A DNA stretch of 64,000 bases from positions 96,001 through 160,000 of the IMG/VR virus record IMGVR_UViG_3300032298_001038. One strand, written 5' to 3'. Position numbers and translations under genes: made by a program. The DNA comes from a virus. The notes beneath the pieces were generated by a model. The model did no database searches. It saw only the letters and a program-made list of their open reading frames with translations, and had not been told where the DNA came from. This document shows, piece by piece, positions 10,157-19,450 of the stretch; positions within the stretch are counted from its first letter, which is position 1, and every line of letters starts with the position of its first letter.

Positions 10157-11158
10157 TCAGCGAATAATACGACTACGGCCGCGGCCTGCACCAGTACGCT
10201 TCGACTTTTCGGCAAGCAGGTATTGCCTCAAATCCACGGACATGATTCGCTGCATGTTCACTTTCGGCTCGTAATCCGGCTGTTCAAACCGGCCGAGCAT
10301 GTAAGTGTCGAGTGCGCCCAGAATCTGCGCCACGCACTCAAGATGCTCCTCGCGAGCCGTGCCGCGGCGCTCGGCGAGCATCTTTTCAACAGCAAAAACG
10401 GGGTCCATCTTGCGGCCGCGCTTTACGCCGGCCTTTTTGCAAACTCGCTCGAAGAACGGGACTATTTTGTCGCCGTGCTTCATGTGTGCGAGCACGAACG
10501 CCGCAATCATCGGCGATTTAATAGTGCCGCAGCGGTACGCAAAATCGTCGAGCGCGGCCAGTTGTTCCTTGAACGCACTGATGTGGTCATACACGGTCGC
10601 CTTTGAGGTGGCAACGTGTGTTGTAGTGCTGGTTGCAGCATTGAATATTTCAAACGCGTAACCGAGCGGTGTGGCGATGCCGGTGCTGCTTTGAAACAAA
10701 GCAGAATTTGTCGGAACACGGTGGTGCTTGAGCGCGCCGTGTACGTTATCCGACGCGTTCTTTTTGGCCTCAAGACTATCATAATAGCGGAAGTGTTTTT
10801 CCGCTTCGGCATCGTTGCGAACGGGCACAATAAAGACCTGCACACGCCGCGGGATAAAGTCACTCAGACCGTTCTCCCAAACATGTGACCGGCCGTGGCC
10901 GTCTAATTTGCACCGGCGGCCGTCGGGATACTCGGCCATGTGGACACGAGCGTGCGAATCATTGAACGTACGCAAGTGATCGGTACGGCGGCGCGTCGCT
11001 CGATTTGATTTTTGAATTGGATTTGGCGGAACCTTGATCCAGTCCGCAGCCGACATGTAAACACTCTTAAGACCCGTGACGTCAATCATCTTGGGCTTAA
11101 GTTTTAAATTCTTCGCACTCTTGACCGTCTTGGTCGCAGAGGAGCGGGACTTGGCCAT
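10157..11158 (-). CDS. ParB/Srx-like N-terminal domain protein
   Basis: PNPIQ..VHMAEYPDG..KLDGHGRSHVW ParB-like DGxxR motif; start moved to ATG 11158 because 11209 lies in a hairpin. Confidence 0.6.
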   Translation of the reverse strand: MAKSRSSATKTVKSAKNLKLKPKMIDVTGLKSVYMSAADWIKVPPNPIQKSNRATRRRTDHLRTFNDSHARVHMAEYPDGRRCKLDGHGRSHVWENGLSDFIPRRVQVFIVPVRNDAEAEKHFRYYDSLEAKKNASDNVHGALKHHRVPTNSALFQSSTGIATPLGYAFEIFNAATSTTTHVATSKATVYDHISAFKEQLAALDDFAYRCGTIKSPMIAAFVLAHMKHGDKIVPFFERVCKKAGVKRGRKMDPVFAVEKMLAERRGTAREEHLECVAQILGALDTYMLGRFEQPDYEPKVNMQRIMSVDLRQYLLAEKSKRTGAGRGRSRIIR

Positions 11159-11202
11159 AACGCTGCAATCCTTTATGAAGGGGGGTAAGAACAACCGAAT
11201 AA

Positions 11203-11253
11203 CCGTCACGAGGCCGGGGCGAAAAGCGCGCGCTGCCCTCGGCCCCGTGACGG
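11203..11253 (-). terminator. Long hairpin just downstream of the SSB-like gene
   Basis: Minus strand CCGTCACG-GGGCCG-A-GGGC...GCCC-CGGCCT-CGTGACGG then TTATT; the G.U pair works on the minus strand. Confidence 0.6.
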
Positions 11254-11262
11254 CAAAAGAAA

Positions 11263-12642
11263 CTACTTCTTCAACTTGGCCGCTTTAGCGCGAGCACGCG
11301 CAAGAATGTCAGCGGGCTTCAACTTGTCACCCGCCGGCTCCTGCGCGGGAGCCTCGGCTGGGGCGCCAGAAAACAGATCACCGACACCGGCGGCCTCTTC
11401 TGGACTGATCTCGCCCGTGGGCGACTCAGCCTCCCACGGAGCCACAGGCGCCGCCGCCTTGGGCGCCGGCGGCGTCACGGGCTTCGGAGCCGCTGGGCGC
11501 TGCTGGAAAGCCTGTACGGCCTCGTCGTTCTCGTCGTCAATAAACTCGGACGCCGAAGCGGCCGGCGCAGAAGACGAAGAACTACGACCAAGCGTCCGCA
11601 AATACTGCGGATACTCACGCCACGCGAACTCAAGCGCCTCGCGCGGGAAAGCCCCGGCCAACTTTTCAGCCTGCTCTTCGTACGACAGCACGTTGAGCAT
11701 CTGGTCCCACGACTGACCTTCCTCCGCAATACGATCCGCATACGGCTCCAGCGAAATCTGCTGGCCGTTATACGTGTCGTGCACAATCGCGAAGTGGGTG
11801 AAGGCGCTGCGCCGGTCAGGCGGCGGGTAGCCGACGATGTACTGCGAGTCCTTCGGGCCACGAGCGTACTTCGGGCAGAAGAACGTCTCGGGGCCGTCGG
11901 CGCCGATGCCCATCACTTTCTGCTCCTTGCTCTGATAAGCCTCGGGCAGGATGGTGAGCAACTTAGCCGAATCGAACGACAGCATATCGCCGGTCAGGTA
12001 CTCGTTAGTATCCGGGTCACGAACCTTCAGAATCGAGAACAGCGACTGGAGCGCGCTGAACTTGAGGCCGATTACGCGAGCGTTCTTCTTCGGATCATCG
12101 AGGAATTGGCTCAACACAATCTGCCCGCGGTCGTCAGTGCCGACGATACTGGCCGAAACAAACAGAATCTTCTCAGGCTTGGTCAACGAGCCGATGTGCG
12201 ACTTCATGACCTTCGGCTTCTGAAGCAGTTCGCTGTAGAGCCGGCCGATACCCGGGGTCTCCTTGTTCTTCCACGCGACGTTGTACAACAAGTTGTACGG
12301 ATTCTCGCGCAGGTCCATTTCTGGCGACCCGTCCGTCAGAATTACGCACACGCCGGGATTACCGACCCAGTGCGCAACGGTCCGCAAACGGCACCAGTCA
12401 CCGATAGCAACGTCGTCAGCGCCCTCTCGGAAGTTGACAAACTGGCGCTGGCCGTTGCCCTCTTCGTACATGGGCATCAGCCGCAGGCACAAGCCGTTGG
12501 CCATGAGTTCGTTACCCGCAGCGATTAGAACATTTTTGCCGTACGTGTACGGGCTGTTCTTGCGGGGACCGTTGTCAAGATTGTGCTGCCGGCGGAACTC
12601 GGGGTCGATGGCAGCAAGATTTTCAGAATCATAACGGGGCAT
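11263..12642 (-). CDS. Probable single-stranded DNA-binding protein (gp32-like architecture)
   Basis: Between PolA and RecA, own promoter, strong GC3 bias, beta-rich core (LCLRLMPM) and long Ala/Pro/acidic tail; function inferred. Confidence 0.5.
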   Translation of the reverse strand: MPRYDSENLAAIDPEFRRQHNLDNGPRKNSPYTYGKNVLIAAGNELMANGLCLRLMPMYEEGNGQRQFVNFREGADDVAIGDWCRLRTVAHWVGNPGVCVILTDGSPEMDLRENPYNLLYNVAWKNKETPGIGRLYSELLQKPKVMKSHIGSLTKPEKILFVSASIVGTDDRGQIVLSQFLDDPKKNARVIGLKFSALQSLFSILKVRDPDTNEYLTGDMLSFDSAKLLTILPEAYQSKEQKVMGIGADGPETFFCPKYARGPKDSQYIVGYPPPDRRSAFTHFAIVHDTYNGQQISLEPYADRIAEEGQSWDQMLNVLSYEEQAEKLAGAFPREALEFAWREYPQYLRTLGRSSSSSAPAASASEFIDDENDEAVQAFQQRPAAPKPVTPPAPKAAAPVAPWEAESPTGEISPEEAAGVGDLFSGAPAEAPAQEPAGDKLKPADILARARAKAAKLKK

Positions 12643-12733
12643 TTTAAGCCTCTTTCTTTGTTGTGCTAGGTATCGTACCCAGCGTTGTTAATAAAGTACG
12701 GGATGCTGATTAGGCTCCCGCGTTGTTGCTTGC

Positions 12734-12761
12734 AGTGTAGCAGACCGCGCGGAAGAATCAA
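12734..12761 (-). promoter_or_regulatory. Sigma70-like promoter TTGATT-N16-TACACT with extended -10 TG
   Basis: Read directly in the 124-nt gap upstream of the SSB-like gene. Confidence 0.55.
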
Positions 12762-12766
12762 GCCCC

Positions 12767-15700
12767 CTATTTCTCGGCCAACCAGTGCAATCCGAGCGCC
12801 TTGGCTTCGTCATCGCTCAGTGTCTCGCCCCAGTGGACGAACACCTCGCGAGAAGACCCGAAGCGATACGGACCAGCATCAATCAAACCACCATCCAACC
12901 GTCGCGGATAAAACGGCACAGCATCGATCATGCATTTGGGCACCACCTCTTTGTACACCTGTTCAGCGTGCTCAATCGGCACAATTAACACAATGGCGTC
13001 GTGAATCTGCAACCCAATTCGGTAATCGATTTCTGGGTGCTCGTCGCGGTAACGCTGGAAATTAGACAAGGCAATAGACACGGCATCGGCCACGCCGCCT
13101 TGAATCGGGAAGTTCTGCGCTTGCCGCTCCTGCTCGCCTCTGATGGCGCGATCTTTTGACGGCACAAACCGCCGCATGCGCCCGTACGGTCCCATGAGCC
13201 AACCCGGGTCTTGCGATCGGGCGCGGCACTCAGCCAAGAAATGACGCGTGCGAGGATAGGACGCAAAATACGCCTCGATCATCGCTTGGCACTGATCGGC
13301 CGTAACATCGACGCCTTCTTCTTTACACTGTCGCGCAAGGGCTTCGGCGCCGCGACCGTAGGGAATACCGAAGTTCACGTTTTTGGCCGCGATACGTAAA
13401 CCTTTCTTGCCGGCTTTCTCCAGCCCCTTCTTTGTCGGCTCAACGTCGCTAATGCCGAACGTTTTAATTGCCTGTTGGCTGTGGATGTCGTAATGGTCGG
13501 GGTGGCTTTCCGGCAGCAGGTTACGCCGCACGTGTTCGATCATGTCTGCGTCTTGACTCAACCACGCGAGGACCGCCAATTCCGCACCAGTGAGGTCTGT
13601 TTCAATCCCGACGTAGCCGGGCGGGACGCGCAATATTGAGCGAACCGGATGTTGGTATTGTTCGCCAAGAATTCGTTCGTAGTCGTTTTCTCGTCTGGAA
13701 CTGAGGTTTTGCAGTGGGGGTCGCGAGGAAGACGCACGACCAGTTTCTTTAGTTTGGAAAAAGTGAGTACGGACCCGACCGTCGGCGTGAACGCAGCCGA
13801 CAAGACCTTTTTCATACGAGTAATTACCGTTTTCATCGACTTCGTAGTCTCCGTCATCCGTGATAGAAGGCTTACGCAACACCGACTGCAAAACCTGACT
13901 GATAAACTTGTAGTCCCGGATTTTAGCCGCGGTGGGATTTATGTGCCCGAGAATGCCAAGGCTTTCCTTGTCGGTGCTGGGCGTAGCCGTATCAGGATTC
14001 ACACCCCGCCAACTCATTTCGTTCCACAGAACCGGCCGCTTACCGGTTGTCTTAACTGGCCGCAGGTTCAGCAACTGCGCGCCTTCCGGGACGTTTGGCG
14101 GATTGGTATATCTATTTGAAAACGCTTCGCCAAATAAAGCGACCGACAACTGCGGCTGGCTCTTTGGGTTGAAATCCGGCCAGTTTAATTCTGCGCGAAT
14201 CTCTGCCAACAGTCGTTCTTGAGTATTCATGAATAACGTTGTCAGTTCGTCGGCGCGTGTGCGGTCGATCACAAGCCCGGTCATTTCCATTTCCAGAAAC
14301 GACAACGACGCCCGGTGCGCTGTCCAGTACGGCAACCAGCAATCGTGGCCGTGTTGGTCACGGGCGAGAGCGCCGTCTTTACCGTTAGTGCCGTAAAAAT
14401 GCATCATGATTCGGCGCGTGACGTCAGCGTCGTATGCGCCGTAAGGATGCAGCACGTGGGCAGGGCAATCTCCGTAGCCCTCCATATCGCCGGCTTTTAA
14501 CTTGTTCTCGGCGCGATAGCGTTTACGCCACTCGTTCAGTTCGTCCCAGTATGTAGGCGCACTGGTGAATCGCATGGAGCAGACGTCGAGGCCATATTTG
14601 GCGCACTCATTAACCGCGTGGTACATGAGGCTGGTGTCCCAGCCGCCGTGGGTTCGGTCGTCCGGGTCGGTGGCGGGAGCATACTCCGGGCGCACATCCA
14701 CGCCAAAAGCAAACAGCCATGGCAAGTCAGCACGGAAAAAGTGACCGCCGACACGGACATGCCTTTCCGGCGTACTTTTGAGCAACCGGGCGAGTTGCAA
14801 CCGTGCCGCCTCCAGATTAGGTTTAAAAGCATCTGCACCTCCTTGATGGCGCAGAACAATTGTGCGCGCCCACTTATCCTTATTTGATATCTGAACAGTA
14901 CGAAGATACGCACTTTCTTCTGTCGGGTAGTCGCCGTGCCACTCGCAGTCGACGGCGATAATGTTGGCACTCGGGTCTGGATCGGCCAGCATTGCGTCCA
15001 CGGTTTCACGCAGGGCGTCTTCCGTGTAGATGTCGGCGTGATCGACCTCTTCAACGATTGTCTCGCGGTTTTCGACCAAGTCTTTGAACCGCGCCAACTG
15101 CCCGCAAAAGTCTTCGTACACCTCGGGCTTGCGGAGAACGTAGCCCGGATGCATCACAGACATGACGCGAATTTCACGCTCGTGGCCGTCGGCGTCGTAT
15201 GTCTTCAGCGGCGTCGCTCGGCCGGCAAGATCAGACACGCTGGCATTAGTATTTAAAACAGCCTTCGTGGCCTCGTTACCAAGACACAGAATATAGTCCG
15301 GTTTGACAAGCCTGATTTCCTGCGCTAGTAAAACCGCGCAGTTTTTAATCCACGCCGCAGGAACTGCGGTAGTGTCGGGCGTCGGAGAGCCGAACTTGCA
15401 CGCGTGCGTAATGTACCACTCGCGGTAGTCTTGCGTATTGAACCCGCACTGCCGCAGCGCTTTGAACAGCGGTTCCATCACAGGGCCGGTGATCGCGCTG
15501 CGGTCGCTCAACTCGTTAATGCCCGGAATCTTGCCGACGATCATTACGCGCGCCGGCTTCGGGCCGTAGACGGGGTCGTCACCGGTGCCGTACTTCATCA
15601 AATGACCGGGCAGGAACTGCACAATCTCAGCGCCGCCCTTGAGCGTGATCGGCATCGAGAACGCCGGGTCATACAGCGCGGCTCGGTAAAGATGGACGAG

Positions 15701-15916
15701 TTTTTCGCCCACCGGTAGTTTCTTTTTGTTTTTGACGTTCACAACCGTGGGGTCGTCACCTAGTGCCACGGCGTGAGCAATAAAGTCGGCGCCTGCTGGA
15801 GGCATGCCGACAGAATCAAGCGCAACCATCGGAAACAGGTCGGCGGTTAGTTCCGCCCCTGTGTCGTCGTAAAGTGCGCTGGCATGCCTGTGATTTAAAG
15901 ACACAGCGTGGGCCAT
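12767..15916 (-). CDS. polA: Family A DNA polymerase with N-terminal uracil-DNA-glycosylase-like domain and 3'-5' exonuclease
   Basis: UDG-like VMIVGKIPG..ILCLGNEA..HPGYVLR; Exo AVDCEW, YGAYDAD; Pol QTKETGRASS..LQN, DLTGAEL, KNVNFGIPYG, QIHDAIV. Confidence 0.95.
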   Translation of the reverse strand: MAHAVSLNHRHASALYDDTGAELTADLFPMVALDSVGMPPAGADFIAHAVALGDDPTVVNVKNKKKLPVGEKLVHLYRAALYDPAFSMPITLKGGAEIVQFLPGHLMKYGTGDDPVYGPKPARVMIVGKIPGINELSDRSAITGPVMEPLFKALRQCGFNTQDYREWYITHACKFGSPTPDTTAVPAAWIKNCAVLLAQEIRLVKPDYILCLGNEATKAVLNTNASVSDLAGRATPLKTYDADGHEREIRVMSVMHPGYVLRKPEVYEDFCGQLARFKDLVENRETIVEEVDHADIYTEDALRETVDAMLADPDPSANIIAVDCEWHGDYPTEESAYLRTVQISNKDKWARTIVLRHQGGADAFKPNLEAARLQLARLLKSTPERHVRVGGHFFRADLPWLFAFGVDVRPEYAPATDPDDRTHGGWDTSLMYHAVNECAKYGLDVCSMRFTSAPTYWDELNEWRKRYRAENKLKAGDMEGYGDCPAHVLHPYGAYDADVTRRIMMHFYGTNGKDGALARDQHGHDCWLPYWTAHRASLSFLEMEMTGLVIDRTRADELTTLFMNTQERLLAEIRAELNWPDFNPKSQPQLSVALFGEAFSNRYTNPPNVPEGAQLLNLRPVKTTGKRPVLWNEMSWRGVNPDTATPSTDKESLGILGHINPTAAKIRDYKFISQVLQSVLRKPSITDDGDYEVDENGNYSYEKGLVGCVHADGRVRTHFFQTKETGRASSSRPPLQNLSSRRENDYERILGEQYQHPVRSILRVPPGYVGIETDLTGAELAVLAWLSQDADMIEHVRRNLLPESHPDHYDIHSQQAIKTFGISDVEPTKKGLEKAGKKGLRIAAKNVNFGIPYGRGAEALARQCKEEGVDVTADQCQAMIEAYFASYPRTRHFLAECRARSQDPGWLMGPYGRMRRFVPSKDRAIRGEQERQAQNFPIQGGVADAVSIALSNFQRYRDEHPEIDYRIGLQIHDAIVLIVPIEHAEQVYKEVVPKCMIDAVPFYPRRLDGGLIDAGPYRFGSSREVFVHWGETLSDDEAKALGLHWLAEK

Positions 15917-15919
15917 TGT

Positions 15920-16999
15920 TCACTCTAAGAAAGACAAATCAGCCTTGACGTTTACTGCGGAAGCCGCAGCCGAAAGAATGTCACGCAAATCACCCCGCGA
16001 GTAGTCGGCCGGATCGCGTTCGTCCGGCAGCACTACGGGCACGACATGCAAATTGTGTTGACACAACTGCGTGACCACGTGCTCCAACTCCTTTTGGGCG
16101 TCGCAATCTAGCACAACGAAGACCGGCTTTCCAGCCCACGTCGTTGCAATCGTGTTTTCCTGCCAGTAGGACAAAGTTTTACCGAAGATAGACACCCCAG
16201 CCCGCCCAATCCGCCAGACGCTTGGAGCGCCCTCGACAATCACGGCAGTGCGTTCGCGGCAAGCGTTGTCGTAGTTATACAGTGCGCGGCTTTTGCGCCC
16301 CTGCGTGTAGTACTTGGGTTCCTGCTTGCTCGCTGGGTTGCGAGTTAAACGGCCCTGCCACGCCAGCAACTTCCCGTTAAAGAACGACGGAATATAGATT
16401 CGACCGTTCATGATTCGGTAGCGTGTCGTGGCGGCGGTGCAGACGCCGACCTGAAAAACATCTGACAGTTCATTGATATCAAATCCGCGGTCGGTTAAGT
16501 ACTCGACTGCGGGGTGTTGCGCCGGCAAATCTTTCAGCGGAATGATTTCACCGGGAACATCAATCGTTTCCGGGGCTATCGACAAATCGCCGGAGCGAAT
16601 CGCCATTTTGCGGTTCGCCCATTTGCCGGGGCCAAAAATCATGTCTTCTAATTGTTCCGCTCGGCCCGGGGTCGCTATGCAGCCGTTTTTGTAGCATGTC
16701 GCGAGAAACGTGTCAGTCCGTCTGCCGGTTCGCTGATCGTAATCTGCGCCGTACAGATGATTAATCCACAACTTGTTGCCGACATCGTTACAGAACGGGC
16801 AGTTCACGCAGTAGTATTCGCCCCACCAGTGCGCTTGGGTGATAATGCGCCCGGGACGGAGCGGGTCTGGAAACCGCTGGATATTCGCCGATGATCCGGC
16901 GTTTGCGATCTTCACTTCGCCAAACTTGTGTTCCAGCAGCGCATACAAGTTGGGGTTTAACGGATTTACTCTAGGCATTGACGAGTGTGTCATTGCCAT
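15920..16999 (-). CDS. DnaG-type DNA primase (Zn finger + TOPRIM)
   Basis: CPFCND..CYKNGC, YLTDRG, RIYIP..WQGR, IVEG, VLDCDA, DPAD. Confidence 0.88.
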   Translation of the reverse strand: MAMTHSSMPRVNPLNPNLYALLEHKFGEVKIANAGSSANIQRFPDPLRPGRIITQAHWWGEYYCVNCPFCNDVGNKLWINHLYGADYDQRTGRRTDTFLATCYKNGCIATPGRAEQLEDMIFGPGKWANRKMAIRSGDLSIAPETIDVPGEIIPLKDLPAQHPAVEYLTDRGFDINELSDVFQVGVCTAATTRYRIMNGRIYIPSFFNGKLLAWQGRLTRNPASKQEPKYYTQGRKSRALYNYDNACRERTAVIVEGAPSVWRIGRAGVSIFGKTLSYWQENTIATTWAGKPVFVVLDCDAQKELEHVVTQLCQHNLHVVPVVLPDERDPADYSRGDLRDILSAAASAVNVKADLSFLE

Positions 17000-17007
17000 A
17001 AAAACTC

Positions 17008-18738
17008 CTACAGCATGTCGCTTCCGAACGTATCAATGTTTGGCATCACGCGGCGGCGCTGAACATCGCCCGGCGCCACAACGACGTTGTTGTGTGACGT
17101 CGGAGCCGTGTCATCGCGACGCATGATCTTTTTGCCTAATTCATTGACGTAATATTCGTCGTCGACCGATCGTACATCGACAACGTTTTCATCTATCTGA
17201 ACCAGCCCGTACGGTGACGCTGGCCGCCCGAAACGAATCTTCGACCAGTTGATCGTCGACACGCGCGATTCCGGATCGGGCCGGTTGAGGCAGATGCAGG
17301 CGTGCAAATTCTCGGCAAAGGCTTTTGAACCCTGCGCGTCAAAATGCGTCACGTGCCGATAAGGCGGGATGTTCTTGATGTCGCTACCCGCCAACTGATG
17401 CGCCAAGAAAATCGCGCACTGGAACGGGATAGCAACCGCAGTCTTCAACTCGTCGGGCAACATTTGCAACTGTCGCCAAATCTGTTCTTGGTACTTTGTC
17501 GCTGTGTTCTGCGCCATTTCACGATTGAGCATGATGCTGGCATAGTCGATGCACACCACGCCAATCTGCATCCCAGTCTGCGCGACGAGGTTTTCCAGCG
17601 TGGCCACGATTTCGTGGACGCCGCCGTTGCCGCGACCGCCGGTGTCCGGGTTTGCTGAAAAATCGAGAAACACAAAGTTTGAGTTGTACCACTGCTGCAC
17701 CGCAGACCAACGGTCCCGCTCGCACAACAGGATTTCAGAATTTGCGTTAACTGGAATGTGCCGCTCGTACGGTTTCAATGTCTCGCGCGTCGACAGCCCA
17801 GCCCACACCTCTTCGGACGACTTGTTGATAAACGCCGCACGTTCGATGTGCGCCGCGGCAGAGTAGAACGTGTAGTTCAACTTTTGCGCGCCGTCCTCGT
17901 AGCAGATGTAAACCGCCAGTTTGTTCTGGTTGTTCGCCGCATACTGCTGGGCCATCCGAATTGCGACGGTGGTAAGCATGGTGGTCTTTCCGCCGGCATA
18001 CGGGCCAAGCATGCCGATCACGTCGCCCTCGCGAAAGCCGCTTATAAAGTTATCAATCCACGCAATCGTGGTGGGTTCAAACTTGGGCGGCAAAACAAGT
18101 TCGTCGCCGAAATCGGGCATGACGGCGGAATTCACCGCCTCGTTGCCGAGAAATTTAATCGCCTGCGCTTGCGTGTTAAACTCTGACAACAACTGCTGGA
18201 ACTCCAGCGGCGACGTGTTGTCGTTGCTCTGCCCGATCAACGTTCTGAGCCGTTGCTTCAAAAACCGAGCATTTAAAAACCGACGAATAATGTTTGTGAC
18301 GTACGTTCGTTCGGCTCTGTGCTCCGCAGGTTCTAGTTCGCGGGCCGGCGGCGCAAAGGCAAAATCAATAAAACCTTCCGCTTCGGGGCTTTCACCAAAG
18401 AGGAAGTCCGCTTCGTTCGGCCCCATCGCAATCGTATGCAATTGCGACATCGATTCGATTTCGGACAAGAACATGTCCTTCGTCACGACTCCGTGCCGGT
18501 CGTGCAGGCTGACGTAGATCAGCATGAACAGGTGCAGACCCTGCTCGTCTGCCCCGTTGAATAGCGCTGGCGCAAAACTCACCCGTAACGCCGACTTAAG
18601 CAGGCTTGGAAACCGGATCAAACCCCGCACAAGTGCTTTGATTTCGGCGAACGTGAGGGCGATATCGTCAGTGGGTGTGTCGTTGAATCTTCCATAACTA
18701 GGCATACCGCCTCCAATGCTTCCGAATACCTGCGACAA
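17008..18738 (-). CDS. dnaB: DnaB-like (SF4) replicative helicase
   Basis: Walker A GPYAGGKTT, YICYED, Walker B VCIDYAS, LAHQL, KIRFG. Confidence 0.85.
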   Translation of the reverse strand: MSQVFGSIGGGMPSYGRFNDTPTDDIALTFAEIKALVRGLIRFPSLLKSALRVSFAPALFNGADEQGLHLFMLIYVSLHDRHGVVTKDMFLSEIESMSQLHTIAMGPNEADFLFGESPEAEGFIDFAFAPPARELEPAEHRAERTYVTNIIRRFLNARFLKQRLRTLIGQSNDNTSPLEFQQLLSEFNTQAQAIKFLGNEAVNSAVMPDFGDELVLPPKFEPTTIAWIDNFISGFREGDVIGMLGPYAGGKTTMLTTVAIRMAQQYAANNQNKLAVYICYEDGAQKLNYTFYSAAAHIERAAFINKSSEEVWAGLSTRETLKPYERHIPVNANSEILLCERDRWSAVQQWYNSNFVFLDFSANPDTGGRGNGGVHEIVATLENLVAQTGMQIGVVCIDYASIMLNREMAQNTATKYQEQIWRQLQMLPDELKTAVAIPFQCAIFLAHQLAGSDIKNIPPYRHVTHFDAQGSKAFAENLHACICLNRPDPESRVSTINWSKIRFGRPASPYGLVQIDENVVDVRSVDDEYYVNELGKKIMRRDDTAPTSHNNVVVAPGDVQRRRVMPNIDTFGSDML

Positions 18739-19450
18739 ACTTTTTTAGACTGGGCGGGACAAACCAATCGAGTTCCGGGTTGGCCTCAATGAACTTGTCG
18801 TATAGCGCTTGTTTCGTTTCGTACTCTATCGCAGCAGGCCAGATAAACTTGTTTACAGCCCGCTGGCACTGCAATTCAGCCGCAAAGGCGTGCCGCAAAA
18901 ACGGCGGCGCATTTACGTGAGACTTGTCGCACAGTACGAGCAGCACCTGATCGTCTTCAGGCAGATTAAACGCCTCAGTGATTGCGTAACGAGTAGAAAT
19001 AGACGCCTCAGCCGAAGCATATTGTTGTTGAACCTGCGTGTCAAAGGTTCGTAAATAATCGTTGTAAACATCAAACGAAATTGGACTGCTAAGAATTTCC
19101 GGCTTGTTGTTAATAACATTTTTGCCGGCTGCGATCCTCGCTGCGTGCAGTGACGGCGAGAAGTGCGCGGCAACCCAAATACCCGGGCTGGCGTCGTGAC
19201 GCTTGATCAGCGGTACGATTTTGCTCCAAACCGATTTGTGGTTGGTGCCGTACCTGTCGCGCCCGCCGTCCCAGTGCGGCCGATCAATTGTGTGGGCGTC
19301 TGCGTCCCAGTCGATCGTGCCTTCGCAAAAATAGATAAACAAGTAGCGCACGTAAGCCGCTAGTTGTTTGTCGCTCAATTGCCGATACCACTCCGGATCA
19401 AGCGGTGGTCCGTTATCGGTCTTTTGTTCGCCAACTCCTTGCGGCATCAT
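18698..19450 (-). CDS. Hypothetical protein between the two helicases
   Basis: 250-aa ORF overlapping both neighbours by about 40 nt. Confidence 0.75.
   Translation of the reverse strand: MMPQGVGEQKTDNGPPLDPEWYRQLSDKQLAAYVRYLFIYFCEGTIDWDADAHTIDRPHWDGGRDRYGTNHKSVWSKIVPLIKRHDASPGIWVAAHFSPSLHAARIAAGKNVINNKPEILSSPISFDVYNDYLRTFDTQVQQQYASAEASISTRYAITEAFNLPEDDQVLLVLCDKSHVNAPPFLRHAFAAELQCQRAVNKFIWPAAIEYETKQALYDKFIEANPELDWFVPPSLKKFVAGIRKHWRRYA

Noticed and set aside
11779-12528. 249-aa plus-strand ORF
   Set aside because: Antisense shadow of the SSB-like gene
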